A DNA stretch of 32,000 nt. Origin: Candidatus Hermodarchaeota archaeon. GTDB lineage: Archaea; Asgardarchaeota; Heimdallarchaeia; Hodarchaeales; Hodarchaeaceae. Positions 10,401-18,918 of the stretch are shown one piece after another. The notes below the pieces were generated by a model that was given only the letters and a program-made list of their open reading frames with translations, was not told the origin of the DNA and searched no databases. How positions within the stretch are numbered: the first letter of the stretch is position 1; every line of letters begins with the position of its first letter. The stretch is from positions 150,001-182,000 of the forward strand of contig JBHLKY010000002.1 in assembly GCA_048886185.1 (NCBI GenBank), written 5' to 3'. The position numbers and the translations under genes were made by a program.

Positions 10401-12042
10401 TAGATGAATCTATTGCGTTACTCTTGGCTATCAATTCCATTTCAGCTATCTTTCGCTCTGTAACATCTCTCACAATACTGATAAAACCAAAAGGATCTCC
10501 ATTTACATCAGTAATTAAAGCTGCACTTAGTTCTGCTGGATATGTTATTCCATCTAGTTTCAATAACCTATACTCATAGTTTGAGATCATCTCACCCTGT
10601 AGAGTCCGTTGGGCATTTTCAATAGCAAGCTGACGATCCTCTGGTGAGATCAGGTCTATTGCATTTATTCCAATTAATTCTTCAGCGATATTTGCTCCAC
10701 TCATCTTGATAGCTTGCTGATTAACTGCAATGATATTAAAATTGAGATCAGTTAGAGTAATTGCATCAGGAGACAGTTCAATTAATCTCCGATATCGTGC
10801 CTCACTTTCTCGCAATGCTTGTTCCACCTGTATCCGCTCGGTTACATCACGAATAATCCCCCGAAATCCAGTGCGTTCACCTTTAGCATTAGTTATCAAG
10901 GAAACTGAGGCTTCAACGAACTTTTTTATCCCATCTTTTCTAATCATCTCCCAATTGAACCCTTTTGCAGGATTTCCTGTTCTGTAAACTTGATTGAAGG
11001 TTTTAAAGACAATTGAAGCGGTTTCTTCATCACAATACTGCTTATAACTTATTCCTAAAATTTCATCTTTTGGATACCCAAAAAGATCACAAAGTGCATC
11101 ATTAAAGAAAACAAAATTCCCAGCAAGATCAACTTCATAGTAACCGTCTTCAATGTTTTCCAGAATCGTTCTATATTTTTCCTCACTTTCCCGTAACGCC
11201 TGCTCAACCCTTTTTCGTTCAGAAATATCACGTATGATCGCGAGGTCTGCTGGTTTGCCTTTATAATTTATTAAACCAGCATTGACTTCAATCTCCAAAA
11301 CAGCTTTATTTTTCAGGATTAGTTTTGTTTCATAAATAGGTGGAACATCGTGACCTGCCATTCGCTGTTCATAGCGATCAATAATTTCAGGAAGAACATC
11401 AGGGTGAATATAATTCATGATCGGAGTGTTATATAGCTCCTCGAATGTGTAACCAGTTATTCTTGCTAAACTTGGATTAACATACTTTATTAATGAGTCC
11501 TGAACAATTGCAATGCCATCATTTGCTCGTTCAACCAAATTTCGATATTTTTCCTCAGACTCCTGTAAATCTTTCATTATTTGTTGAGACTCAGTAATAT
11601 TCCTTATAACAGTTACAATTTGGGTGACCTTTCCTTTATCGAAGATAGGTATCTTTCGTGTTTCGGTAATGAACTCTTTACCCTTAATTATTGTTTGTTC
11701 CTCAGTAACTAGAGCCTTTCCAGACCTAAATATTTCGTGATATTCGTCGATAACCCTCTCTGATAAGAAAGGGAATACCTCGGTAATTTTCTGACCTATA
11801 ACATCTTCTTTTAAACCCAGTTCTTTGGTCCATTCCTTAAAAGCTATGTTAGAAAGAATGAATCGCAAATCAGGCCCAACAACATGAATTGCATCACCCA
11901 TAGAATTGAGAGTTTGATTTAATTCCAGTCCTATTTCATATTGAGCCTCTTTAATTTGCCTTTGTTCTAATAAATATCTTTTAATAGCTTCCTTTACATC
12001 TGGAGGAACATCATGTCTATCAAATATGGTTTCTAATTCCAT
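7480..12042 (-). CDS. Soluble sensor with 10 tandem PAS/PAC domains, H-box-like helix and degenerate HATPase_c domain (histidine kinase-like)
   Basis: Ten repeats ending in (R/T/I)(D/N)(I/V)(T/S)(E/D), mostly joined by E.ALRESE.(K/R)Y-type linkers. SHFINNDMQKI (H1301) resembles HDxxNxLQ H-boxes. G2-like GHNIGIALA..IMQHFGG..I...PKG..F present. No transmembrane segment seen. Confidence 0.88.
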   Translation of the reverse strand: MELETIFDRHDVPPDVKEAIKRYLLEQRQIKEAQYEIGLELNQTLNSMGDAIHVVGPDLRFILSNIAFKEWTKELGLKEDVIGQKITEVFPFLSERVIDEYHEIFRSGKALVTEEQTIIKGKEFITETRKIPIFDKGKVTQIVTVIRNITESQQIMKDLQESEEKYRNLVERANDGIAIVQDSLIKYVNPSLARITGYTFEELYNTPIMNYIHPDVLPEIIDRYEQRMAGHDVPPIYETKLILKNKAVLEIEVNAGLINYKGKPADLAIIRDISERKRVEQALRESEEKYRTILENIEDGYYEVDLAGNFVFFNDALCDLFGYPKDEILGISYKQYCDEETASIVFKTFNQVYRTGNPAKGFNWEMIRKDGIKKFVEASVSLITNAKGERTGFRGIIRDVTERIQVEQALRESEARYRRLIELSPDAITLTDLNFNIIAVNQQAIKMSGANIAEELIGINAIDLISPEDRQLAIENAQRTLQGEMISNYEYRLLKLDGITYPAELSAALITDVNGDPFGFISIVRDVTERKIAEMELIAKSNAIDSSINAINISDLDGNLTYVNTSFLNMWGFSNRSDVIGMAVTELMATPGIFLNLRRILLKEGSWMGELMAKKRDGSIFPIQISINLIKSESGQPYSLLASIIDITDRREAEKALKESEQKFRVISERTMMGVCILQDEVIKYMNQAFADIFEYSIKEMLNWGPNESAKVIHPNDRAFVTEQGRKKQLGEEDIITNYSYRAITKTGTIKWVDNYSKTILYLGKNAVLVTLIDITDRKRAEEALRESKEKYQMLVEKLQEGVLLEDAQGVLTFVNPRTAELLGYREEELIGKHWSYIVPKQSLDVVKKETMKRPKGISSTYEVSVLTKDGSHIPVIVTAAPIISSSGEFEGVLTVFTDITERKLAEQKLHESVERYRTILETVEEGYYEVDLAGNFTFFNDSICKILGYSKYELLGLNYRHYMDEETARRVYQTYNTVYRTGEPARIFDFGFIRKNGTRGVSEASISPIYDPSGEINGFRGVVRDVTERAEMEMALDEEREKYQILIEKLEEGLTVEDPEGFIIFANPKTLETLGYTEEELIGKHWSFIVPENNHEESYYETSKRSKGISSIYESNLIAKDGTIIPVIVTATPIFSNIGEFQGVLVLSTDITDRKRVEEALQQSQEKYSNLFHYSNDAIFLHDLDGNIIDVNQKTLALFGYTKPEIISFKIPDFHPPEALVKSRWAFDKISKEGFVNFEIEFKKSNGEVFPAEVSSSLFEIRGKKVIQGIVRDITERKRAEQALHQVKLEEERYHAMMSHFINNDMQKIINNVELLSLLYESKLELNVNIVNQIISIASGSSKTIDTVNKIFEVLQTPFISPQKGKNLTNTINEVISGQKRFSHLIKINKEHINVMILADAHFKDALNEILSFLLSFYHESSLPRSIIIDGFYLPSFFCVSISDCCSEPLSQEIISKLSGTITDEWEIIGHNIGIALASVIMQHFGGSLTIYASDPKGNEFQLLIPRNLIETGMEIKVD
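8580..11180 (-). repeat. Internal domain duplications in the PAS protein: PAS3~PAS8 and PAS7~PAS9 (coordinates approximate)
   Basis: YRTILENIEDGYYEVDLAGNFVFFND vs YRTILETVEEGYYEVDLAGNFTFFND. KYQMLVEKLQEG..LGYREEELIGKHWSYIVP vs KYQILIEKLEEG..LGYTEEELIGKHWSFIVP. Confidence 0.85.
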
Positions 12043-12329
12043 TTCTCTTCACAAGAATGAATGGTTTTCTGCATTTAGATTATTACTAATAATGATTATT
12101 AAATGGTTTTTCTAATAGAGCCTAATTTTTTCCAAGCTAAAGTTAGAGAATTTAAGTTCAATATTGTCTTTATCTCTAAGTAATACTCTGATATTGTTAA
12201 AAATTTCATCCAAACATCAATAATATGGATAGAAAAAGCAAAACAGAAAAAATTAATTTTAAAGCCTTATCCTTAGATTTATTAATTTAATCTTCTTTTC
12301 CAGTTTGTTAATGATTCACTATAAGGATT

Positions 12330-13556
12330 ATGGAGAAGATGACAAAAATAATTGTACTTGGAGGATCTGGAGTTGTAGGTCGAGTAGCGACCAAGACTCT
12401 CACAAGTTTTCCAGATTTCTCACAAGTGGTCATTGGTGACATAGATAGTGAAAATGCTAGTGAAATTACAAAAGAGATTGGTTCAAGTAAAGTTTCTATC
12501 AGAGAAATTGATGCAAGTGACCCAAAAGCTCTTAGAGACGTAATAAAGGACTTTGATGTCGTTTTGAATTGCATTGGACCTTTTTACAAATATGGGCCTT
12601 TAATTCTAAGGTCAGCCATTGAAACTGGAAGAAACTATATCGACATCAATGATGATGTTGATGCAACAAAAGAAGTCCTGACCATGGATGATGAAGCTAA
12701 AAAAACAAATATTATAGCATTAATCGGAATGGGAAGCTCTCCTGGTGTCACTAATCTATTAGCAAAATTTGCTGCAGACCATTTACTTGACAAAGTGGAT
12801 TCTATTGATCTTTATCATGCTCATGGGGGTGAACCTGTCGAAGGACGAGGAGTGATTTATCATCGTATTCACTCAATGAGTATAGACATCCCAATATTTG
12901 TTGATGGAAAATTTGAAAATGTACACTTCTTTAATGATGACGGAAAAGCACTAGAGGAAGAAATTGAGTTCTTAAAACTTGGAAAATATCGAGTGCATCC
13001 GTATCCCCATCCAGAAATTATTACTTTACCAAATTACATCAAAGGTGTTCAACGGGTTACAAACAAGGGCACAGTTTTACCACCTGAATACTTCAACTTA
13101 ATTACGGATATAGTTAAACTTGGCCTTACAGCTGATCATCCTCTTGAGGTAAAAGGAAAAATAATTTCACCCTTGGAATTTTCTATCTCTTATCTTATCA
13201 ATCAAAGACAGCGAATATTAAAAGAAACGAATTTTGGACTTCAACGAGGGTGTATAAAGATTGTCGTCAAAGGAGAAAAAGCTGGGAAGACTCATCATTA
13301 TATCTTTTCATTGGCATCAGAAGGACAAGCTATGGGAGAAGGGACAGGAATCCCAGTAGCGATAGGTGCAGTTCTCATGAGTAGGGGGAAGATTACAAAG
13401 AAAGGAGTTTTACCACCAGAAGCTTGTATTGACCCTTTAGACTTTTTAACCATAATGAAAGAACACCTAGGCCTTGAAGCTGTTAGTGGAAAAAATTCTC
13501 CATTAATAATTGAATCCATCGACGAAGAAGGGAAGATTGAAATAATTTCTTTATAA
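12330..13556 (+). CDS. Saccharopine dehydrogenase-family NAD(P)-dependent oxidoreductase (lysine 6-dehydrogenase / carboxynorspermidine synthase-like)
   Basis: GGSGVVG Rossmann motif, VVLNCIGPF, YIDI, GMGSSPGVTN, C-terminal GVLPPE. Substrate not determinable. Confidence 0.85.
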   Translation: MEKMTKIIVLGGSGVVGRVATKTLTSFPDFSQVVIGDIDSENASEITKEIGSSKVSIREIDASDPKALRDVIKDFDVVLNCIGPFYKYGPLILRSAIETGRNYIDINDDVDATKEVLTMDDEAKKTNIIALIGMGSSPGVTNLLAKFAADHLLDKVDSIDLYHAHGGEPVEGRGVIYHRIHSMSIDIPIFVDGKFENVHFFNDDGKALEEEIEFLKLGKYRVHPYPHPEIITLPNYIKGVQRVTNKGTVLPPEYFNLITDIVKLGLTADHPLEVKGKIISPLEFSISYLINQRQRILKETNFGLQRGCIKIVVKGEKAGKTHHYIFSLASEGQAMGEGTGIPVAIGAVLMSRGKITKKGVLPPEACIDPLDFLTIMKEHLGLEAVSGKNSPLIIESIDEEGKIEIISL

Positions 13557-13639
13557 TTCAGGAAAAGTGGGAATGATGTCACACCAGAGACAAGAATAAA
13601 GATATGTCCTGTTGAGGCAAGAGTCTCCAAGAGCTTACT

Positions 13640-13729
13640 TTGCCTATATAAACCGTTATCATCGAGAACGATTTTTGCATCAGCAGCAATAACATTATCA
13701 GGCGTAATTATTACTGGATTGTTAATAAT
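13640..13729 (-). pseudogene. ~30-codon remnant of an ATP-grasp acyl-CoA synthetase (NDP-forming) beta subunit, SucC-like
   Basis: Minus-strand frame reads IINNPVIITPDNVIAADAKIVLDDNGLYRQ, matching the SucC hallmark EINPL.....v.A.DAK...DDNAL.R. In-frame TGA at 13742-13744, no start codon. Confidence 0.6.
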
Positions 13730-13805
13730 TGAGGCAATTGATCATGGTACTTCAGAGGTAAAAGCTGCAATTTGTTACGTGTATGGAGATATTTTAGACT
13801 TTGTT

Positions 13806-14513
13806 TTAACTTGGATTAATGATATCTCGTAAGGATTGAATAGCTTCATTGAGCATTAAGGCTGCGAAACCAAATAAAATGATAGCTGTTCCTCTTTGTA
13901 CCCACACAAAGAGCTTTGGATTAGGAATTCGTCCTATTATAGTAAGTAACGTTGTAAAAAATAATTGCCAAATTAAGACTCCTGTCAGAAACATGAAAAT
14001 AATACCTAAGCGCAAAAGGGGATCGGGTACGTTAAACTCACTAAATAAAATCAATGTCCCCATAGATACCCACCAAAGATAAGACCACGGAGAAGTAACA
14101 ACTAACGAAAATCCGATGATATATTGTCTAGCTAATCGCAGATAACCCGAATGAATAGATTCATACTTAGAGTTTATTTTGGCTTCCATTAGAATTGGTT
14201 TTGAAGCTAGAGCAGAAACACCCAAAATCCCTAGAATTAGTATGTTAATAGAAAAAAGTAAAAACTTGATTCCTGGATTTGAGAAGATGTTAGTTAATAG
14301 TTGACCTCCTAGTGTTAATGCAGAGAAAGCAACAACGAAATCCCCAGTCATCGCACCTATACCTGTTAAGACTGCTAAACTCCAAGCTAATCTTTCACTA
14401 ACAGCTTTATTCAATGCCTGTTTGATCACTTCCGCGTTAATTGGGCCAAGGGGGGCTGCTAATGTAAATCCTAAAAATGCAACGAAGACCCAGACCTGAA
14501 ACACACCATCCAA
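13806..14513 (-). CDS. LysE/RhtB-family exporter-like membrane protein
   Basis: GFTLAAPLGPIN signature, G.GAMTGD, G...VVTSPWSYLWW; about six hydrophobic segments; 235 aa. Confidence 0.8.
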   Translation of the reverse strand: MDGVFQVWVFVAFLGFTLAAPLGPINAEVIKQALNKAVSERLAWSLAVLTGIGAMTGDFVVAFSALTLGGQLLTNIFSNPGIKFLLFSINILILGILGVSALASKPILMEAKINSKYESIHSGYLRLARQYIIGFSLVVTSPWSYLWWVSMGTLILFSEFNVPDPLLRLGIIFMFLTGVLIWQLFFTTLLTIIGRIPNPKLFVWVQRGTAIILFGFAALMLNEAIQSLRDIINPS

Positions 14514-14711
14514 TTTTCAACATTCTCCAATTATATCTTATTAAGAACGTTAAAGCTCTGATTCATACACATTCTCTATTTAAACGAAAATTATCTTTGA
14601 ATTGACGTATATTTTGAATTATACATCATTACGGAAAATATGAATTATATCAGATAAATGCGTTCTTGTAATTGGTACTTATTCAAATAATGGGTACCAG
14701 GTGTGAAATGC

Positions 14712-16082
14712 ATGGTAGATGGCCCAAAAATCGTAATAATAGGCGCAGGTAGTGCTAGTTTTGGTTTGGAAAATCTGGGAGGTATAATGCAACACGAAAC
14801 TCTGAAAGGATCTACATTAGCTCTTGTTGATATAAATGAAAGTAATTTGGAGTTGGTTACTGCTCTTGCACGTCGTATGAATGAAGAATGGAACTCAAAT
14901 ATGACTGTTCTTTCAACCACTGATCAAAAGAAAGTCTTACATGATGCTGATTTTGTAATCCTTTCTGTTGCGGTAGATAGAGAAAAAACTTGGATAAAAG
15001 ATCATGAAATTGGATTAAAGCACAAGATTTGGCATTATGCTGAAAATGGTGGACCAGGGAGTTTTGGACACACAGCAAGAGGATTAGCTTTTATCATGCC
15101 GATTCTATATGATATTCATGATCTAGCACCAGATTCATGGTTAGTTAATTTTACAAATCCCGTTCCCCGTATTCAGTACGCAGCGAATTATGCACGTGTC
15201 AATTGTTTAAGTTACTGTCACCAAATTTGGTATGGATATTCTATTGTGGGGCGCATATTAGCTGATGATCTGGGAATTAAAGAACATCTTGACTGGGTCT
15301 ATGAATGGACTGATGAAAGCTTTGAGAAACAAGGACTTTTCCAAGTTAAAGCAGTTCTGGAGTATGATATTCTTGCTGCTGGATTAAATCATTTCACATG
15401 GATGATTGATATTAAGCGTAGGGAAACAGGGGAAGATCTCTACCCTTTAGTTAGAAATGAAGTTATCAAACTTCCTTCCAATTTTGAACCTCTCACTCAA
15501 GTTGTGTTTAAAACGTTCGGACTTCTTCCTATTCCTGGGGATTGCCACTTATGCGAATACCTTCCCTTTACATATCAACAAGAAAATTGGTTCAGATATA
15601 ACATTGCCCTGTATGACTTTAAACGGGGTGAGAGAAAAAGGGATCAAATGTGGCAACAAATCCGTGAAATGGCAACCGGAAAACGATCTCTTGCATATAT
15701 AGTACCAAACACCTTCGATCGTGGTGAAGATATCATTGCAGGGATATATTCTAATGAGAACTCATATGAACCAGCTCTGAATATTACTAATGATGGTACG
15801 ATAAGTAACTTACCTGATGATGCGATTGTTGAAGTACCTGTAATCCTCAACAGAAGAGGGGCCTCAGGATTACGAATAGGGGCTTTACCAGAGGGAATAG
15901 CTGCTTTATGTAGACAGGAAATAGCAATAGCAAAATTAATCACAAAAGCCTCCATTGAAGGAGATCGAGAAGTTGCTCTACAGGCTTTCGCCTTGATGGT
16001 TGACGATCTCACAGTAGCAGAAAAATTGCTTAACGATTACCTTGAAGGTCATAAAAAGTATTTACCTCAATTTTTCACTTAA
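14712..16082 (+). CDS. Family 4 glycoside hydrolase (NAD+/Mn2+-dependent, alpha-galactosidase/alpha-glucosidase-like)
   Basis: KIVIIGAGS, ENGGPGS, NFTNP, YCH, GLNHFTW, NDGTISNLPDDAIVEVP. Start placed at ATG 14712 (the ORF track starts at GTG 14703, which falls in the AGGTGTGA SD). Confidence 0.9.
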   Translation: MVDGPKIVIIGAGSASFGLENLGGIMQHETLKGSTLALVDINESNLELVTALARRMNEEWNSNMTVLSTTDQKKVLHDADFVILSVAVDREKTWIKDHEIGLKHKIWHYAENGGPGSFGHTARGLAFIMPILYDIHDLAPDSWLVNFTNPVPRIQYAANYARVNCLSYCHQIWYGYSIVGRILADDLGIKEHLDWVYEWTDESFEKQGLFQVKAVLEYDILAAGLNHFTWMIDIKRRETGEDLYPLVRNEVIKLPSNFEPLTQVVFKTFGLLPIPGDCHLCEYLPFTYQQENWFRYNIALYDFKRGERKRDQMWQQIREMATGKRSLAYIVPNTFDRGEDIIAGIYSNENSYEPALNITNDGTISNLPDDAIVEVPVILNRRGASGLRIGALPEGIAALCRQEIAIAKLITKASIEGDREVALQAFALMVDDLTVAEKLLNDYLEGHKKYLPQFFT

Positions 16083-16166
16083 GTACTTTAATGTAGTCAA
16101 AAAATAGAGGATATGATTTTTTATATTCTGTCATTGAAGCTTATAGCGATGATTTGAGGCTATTAT

Positions 16167-16808
16167 ATGAACACAATGATCAAGTTGATGATTTTTGATT
16201 TAGATGACACCCTTGTTCACTCCAATATCAATTATTCAGAAATTCGGTATCAAATTGCTGACCTCTTCGATCCACCTTTGACTTCCACTATTATTACCAA
16301 AACACCAATTTTAAAGCTATTGGACCAATTAAAGAATATTGATCCCAATAAATTTACTGAAGGGTATAGAAGGGTCGACCATGCTGAAAAAATAGCCGCA
16401 AGAAACGCCCAAGTAATAGAAGGGGCCGAAAGAATACCCAAAATTCTCAACAAGTATGGTATTCACTCTGTCATCTACACTAACAACTCTAAAGGAACAG
16501 TAGAAGCTTATTTAGTTAAGCCTAAGTTTAAATTTCTTAGGAACTTTCAAATATTTACCAGAGAGGACTTTATAGAACCAAAACCCTCACCTATAGGATT
16601 GAATGATATTATTAAACGCTATCAAGGTAAGCAAATTACAAAAGACAATACAGTTTATATCGGAGATTCTTATATTGATGCAGTAGCTGCGGATAAAGCA
16701 GAAATTAAATTTATTTGGTTTAATTCTCGGAAAATAGACCAAGATCTTTTCCCACGCTCACCATACGCTATTTTGACGGATTGGTCTGATTTTGAGTCAA
16801 TATTTTAG
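16167..16808 (+). CDS. HAD-superfamily hydrolase (phosphoglycolate phosphatase-like)
   Basis: Motif I FDLDDTL, motif II YTNN, KPSP, motif IV IGDSYIDA. Confidence 0.9.
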   Translation: MNTMIKLMIFDLDDTLVHSNINYSEIRYQIADLFDPPLTSTIITKTPILKLLDQLKNIDPNKFTEGYRRVDHAEKIAARNAQVIEGAERIPKILNKYGIHSVIYTNNSKGTVEAYLVKPKFKFLRNFQIFTREDFIEPKPSPIGLNDIIKRYQGKQITKDNTVYIGDSYIDAVAADKAEIKFIWFNSRKIDQDLFPRSPYAILTDWSDFESIF

Positions 16809-16809
16809 G

Positions 16810-18237
16810 ATGGTAAAAATAATGATTATTGATCAATCCACTTCAACAGAATTTAACCCAACCAATAATCTTATTGCTTTGTGTTTAGCATCTTTTGTTG
16901 TGGTAACAGGTTTTGGAGTTATCCTCCCATTTCTCCCCCTCTATGCAAAAGATATATTGTTCACTTTCAATTTTCTAGGAATTCCTATTGGAATTGCTTT
17001 TCAAATTGGTATTATGACATCAGCTTTTATGTTCACAAGATTCCTATTAGCACCATCATTTGGCGATTTATCGGACGAATCGGGTCGAAAACCAATCATT
17101 CTGGTTGGTATGAGTATATACACATTTTTATTGTTGGGATTCGGTTTTGCTTTTGATTTTTTAACGTTACTTATTCTAAGAGCATTACAGGGGATAGCCT
17201 CAGCTGCTGTGTGGCCAGTAGGGGAAGCTTTAGTTGTAGATACATCAAAAAATAACACTGGGAGGAATTTAGGCTATTATATTATGTCTATGCAAGCAGG
17301 AATGGCTACTGGGCCATTCATTGGCTATATCTTTTATGCTAGTTTGAATGGAATAGCAGGTCTTCCTCCAACATTATCTTATCGTTTAACGTTCATTTGT
17401 CAGGGAATAATGGGACTCTTTGCCACAATTATAGTAGCATTTTTAGTTAAAGATCCCAAACAGTTAAAAGATGAGTCATTATCAATCTTAACTAGTTTTA
17501 AAACCGCTGTTAAACAGATGGGTAGAAAAACGATTCAAAGCCCAAAATATCTAATGAAATTATTTTCAAGCTTTGAAGAATATCGAAGTATTAGTCTCTA
17601 CACAGTATATCTTGTCGCAGTTATCAATGGTTTCGGGAATGCAATGATTTTCCCAATCATTGCTCTTTTCTTGGATGATTACTATTTTTTGAACCCAGAA
17701 TCAATAGCGTTAATCATTGGAATTGTAGGTATTCTAGCGCTGTCTGGAAATCCTTTAGGTGGGACTTTAAGTGATAAACTAACTCGTAAACATGTTGTAT
17801 GGATATCTGGTTTGCTTAGAGGAATCCTGTATCTCTTCTTGGGCATTCAATGGGGATTATTCGCAATCATTATTGCTTTTGCCTTTCAGCGTTTTCTCTG
17901 GGCAATCCATCAACCATCATTCAGAGCACTGCAGAGTCAATTGATACCAGAAGAAGTTCGAGGTAAAGAATTCGGGATAGTTCAAGCACTCTTCAATTTT
18001 GGATCTGTATTAGGACCCATAATTGGGGGAGCACTTTATGATCAATATTTAAATGTGACTTTCACCTTAAACGGAGTTGTGTTCCTTGGAGCTGGAGTCA
18101 CTTTTGCACTTGCAGGTTTCTTCGGGATAATTGGCAGTATAACTCTTTTATTGTTTGTAAACTCCTCAGATTACCGAGAAACTACAAAATACATACCCCA
18201 AGATATGGGATTAGCCTCAAGTTCAATCGAAAAGTAA
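16810..18237 (+). CDS. MFS transporter (DHA1/TetA-like)
   Basis: G.GVILPFLPLY, motif A FGDLSDESGRKP, second-half GGTLSDKLTRK, RGKEFG, GPIIGG; about 12 hydrophobic segments. Start placed at ATG 16810, one base after the HAD stop (ORF track starts at 16792). Confidence 0.9.
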   Translation: MVKIMIIDQSTSTEFNPTNNLIALCLASFVVVTGFGVILPFLPLYAKDILFTFNFLGIPIGIAFQIGIMTSAFMFTRFLLAPSFGDLSDESGRKPIILVGMSIYTFLLLGFGFAFDFLTLLILRALQGIASAAVWPVGEALVVDTSKNNTGRNLGYYIMSMQAGMATGPFIGYIFYASLNGIAGLPPTLSYRLTFICQGIMGLFATIIVAFLVKDPKQLKDESLSILTSFKTAVKQMGRKTIQSPKYLMKLFSSFEEYRSISLYTVYLVAVINGFGNAMIFPIIALFLDDYYFLNPESIALIIGIVGILALSGNPLGGTLSDKLTRKHVVWISGLLRGILYLFLGIQWGLFAIIIAFAFQRFLWAIHQPSFRALQSQLIPEEVRGKEFGIVQALFNFGSVLGPIIGGALYDQYLNVTFTLNGVVFLGAGVTFALAGFFGIIGSITLLLFVNSSDYRETTKYIPQDMGLASSSIEK

Positions 18238-18633
18238 GTATCGAAATTAAGCCCGACTGCTATTGTCGGATTACTATTCACTGTAATTGCTATGTTTTCA
18301 ATGCAAGAAGAGAAGATTTTAACAAAACCTTTTGACATCTTTAGAATTGCATTACCCCTCTTCGTTTACTTCATTGGAATGTTCCTGATCAGTTTTTTGA
18401 TTTCGATAATTCTAAAATTCAAATACGCAGAAACAGTGACATTATCATTCACCGCTGCCTCAAATAATTTCGAATTAGCTATCGCAGTGGCAATTGCAAC
18501 TTTTGATATTGATTCCGATCAGGCATTGGCTACGGTTGTTGGTCCTCTCATTGAGGTACCAGTCCTATTAATTCTGGTTTATCTCGCACTTTGGTTGAAG
18601 AAATATTTGTTTAGAACTGAAATATTAAATTGA
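18238..18633 (+). pseudogene. acr3: C-terminal remnant of an Acr3 arsenite efflux transporter
   Basis: LSPTAIVGLLFTVIAMFSMQ...RIALPL..YF...FTAASNNFELAIAVAIA.F...ALATVVGPLIEVPVL is the Acr3 C-terminal signature. Only ~130 codons; homology starts immediately after the MFS stop. Confidence 0.88.
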
Positions 18634-18652
18634 AATAAGAGGTAATTAAATC

Positions 18653-18898
18653 ATGTCAAGAATTGTAGAGGTATTTGGTCCTGGTTGTGCCAAGTGTAAT
18701 GCCTTGAAAAAGAATACTGAAGAAGCATTGATAAAATTAGGGTGGTGTGATACAGATTTTTGGTATATTACTAATGTTGAAGAATATATTGAAAGGGGAA
18801 TTAAAGCAACACTGGCATTGGCAGTTAACGTAAAAGTAATTGTTTCTGGAAAATACCTTACAACAGACCAATTAGTAGAGCACCTCCAAGGATATTAA
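18653..18898 (+). CDS. Small thioredoxin-family redox-active disulfide protein (MTH895-like), possibly degenerating
   Basis: IVEVFGPGCAKC; GAGGT SD. The usual TPAL.(I/V)(D/N)G reads TLALAVNV here. Confidence 0.75.
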   Translation: MSRIVEVFGPGCAKCNALKKNTEEALIKLGWCDTDFWYITNVEEYIERGIKATLALAVNVKVIVSGKYLTTDQLVEHLQGY

Positions 18899-18918
18899 GA
18901 AATTATTCATATTTCTGG

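Noticed and set aside
7550-10987. Four short plus-strand ORFs inside the PAS gene
   Set aside because: Antisense shadows of a long coding region.
12308-13630. Minus-strand ORFs 12308..12574 and 13298..13630 as real genes
   Set aside because: Antisense to the saccharopine dehydrogenase-like gene. Only the stretch upstream of 13630 in that frame carries a recognisable (SucC-like) motif.
12330-14513. Carboxynorspermidine synthase pathway or a lysine degradation/export pair
   Set aside because: No nspC-like decarboxylase nearby, the genes are convergent, and substrate cannot be read from sequence.
13849-17258. Short overlapping ORFs within lysE, GH4, HAD and MFS
   Set aside because: Antisense or alternate-frame shadows with no motifs.
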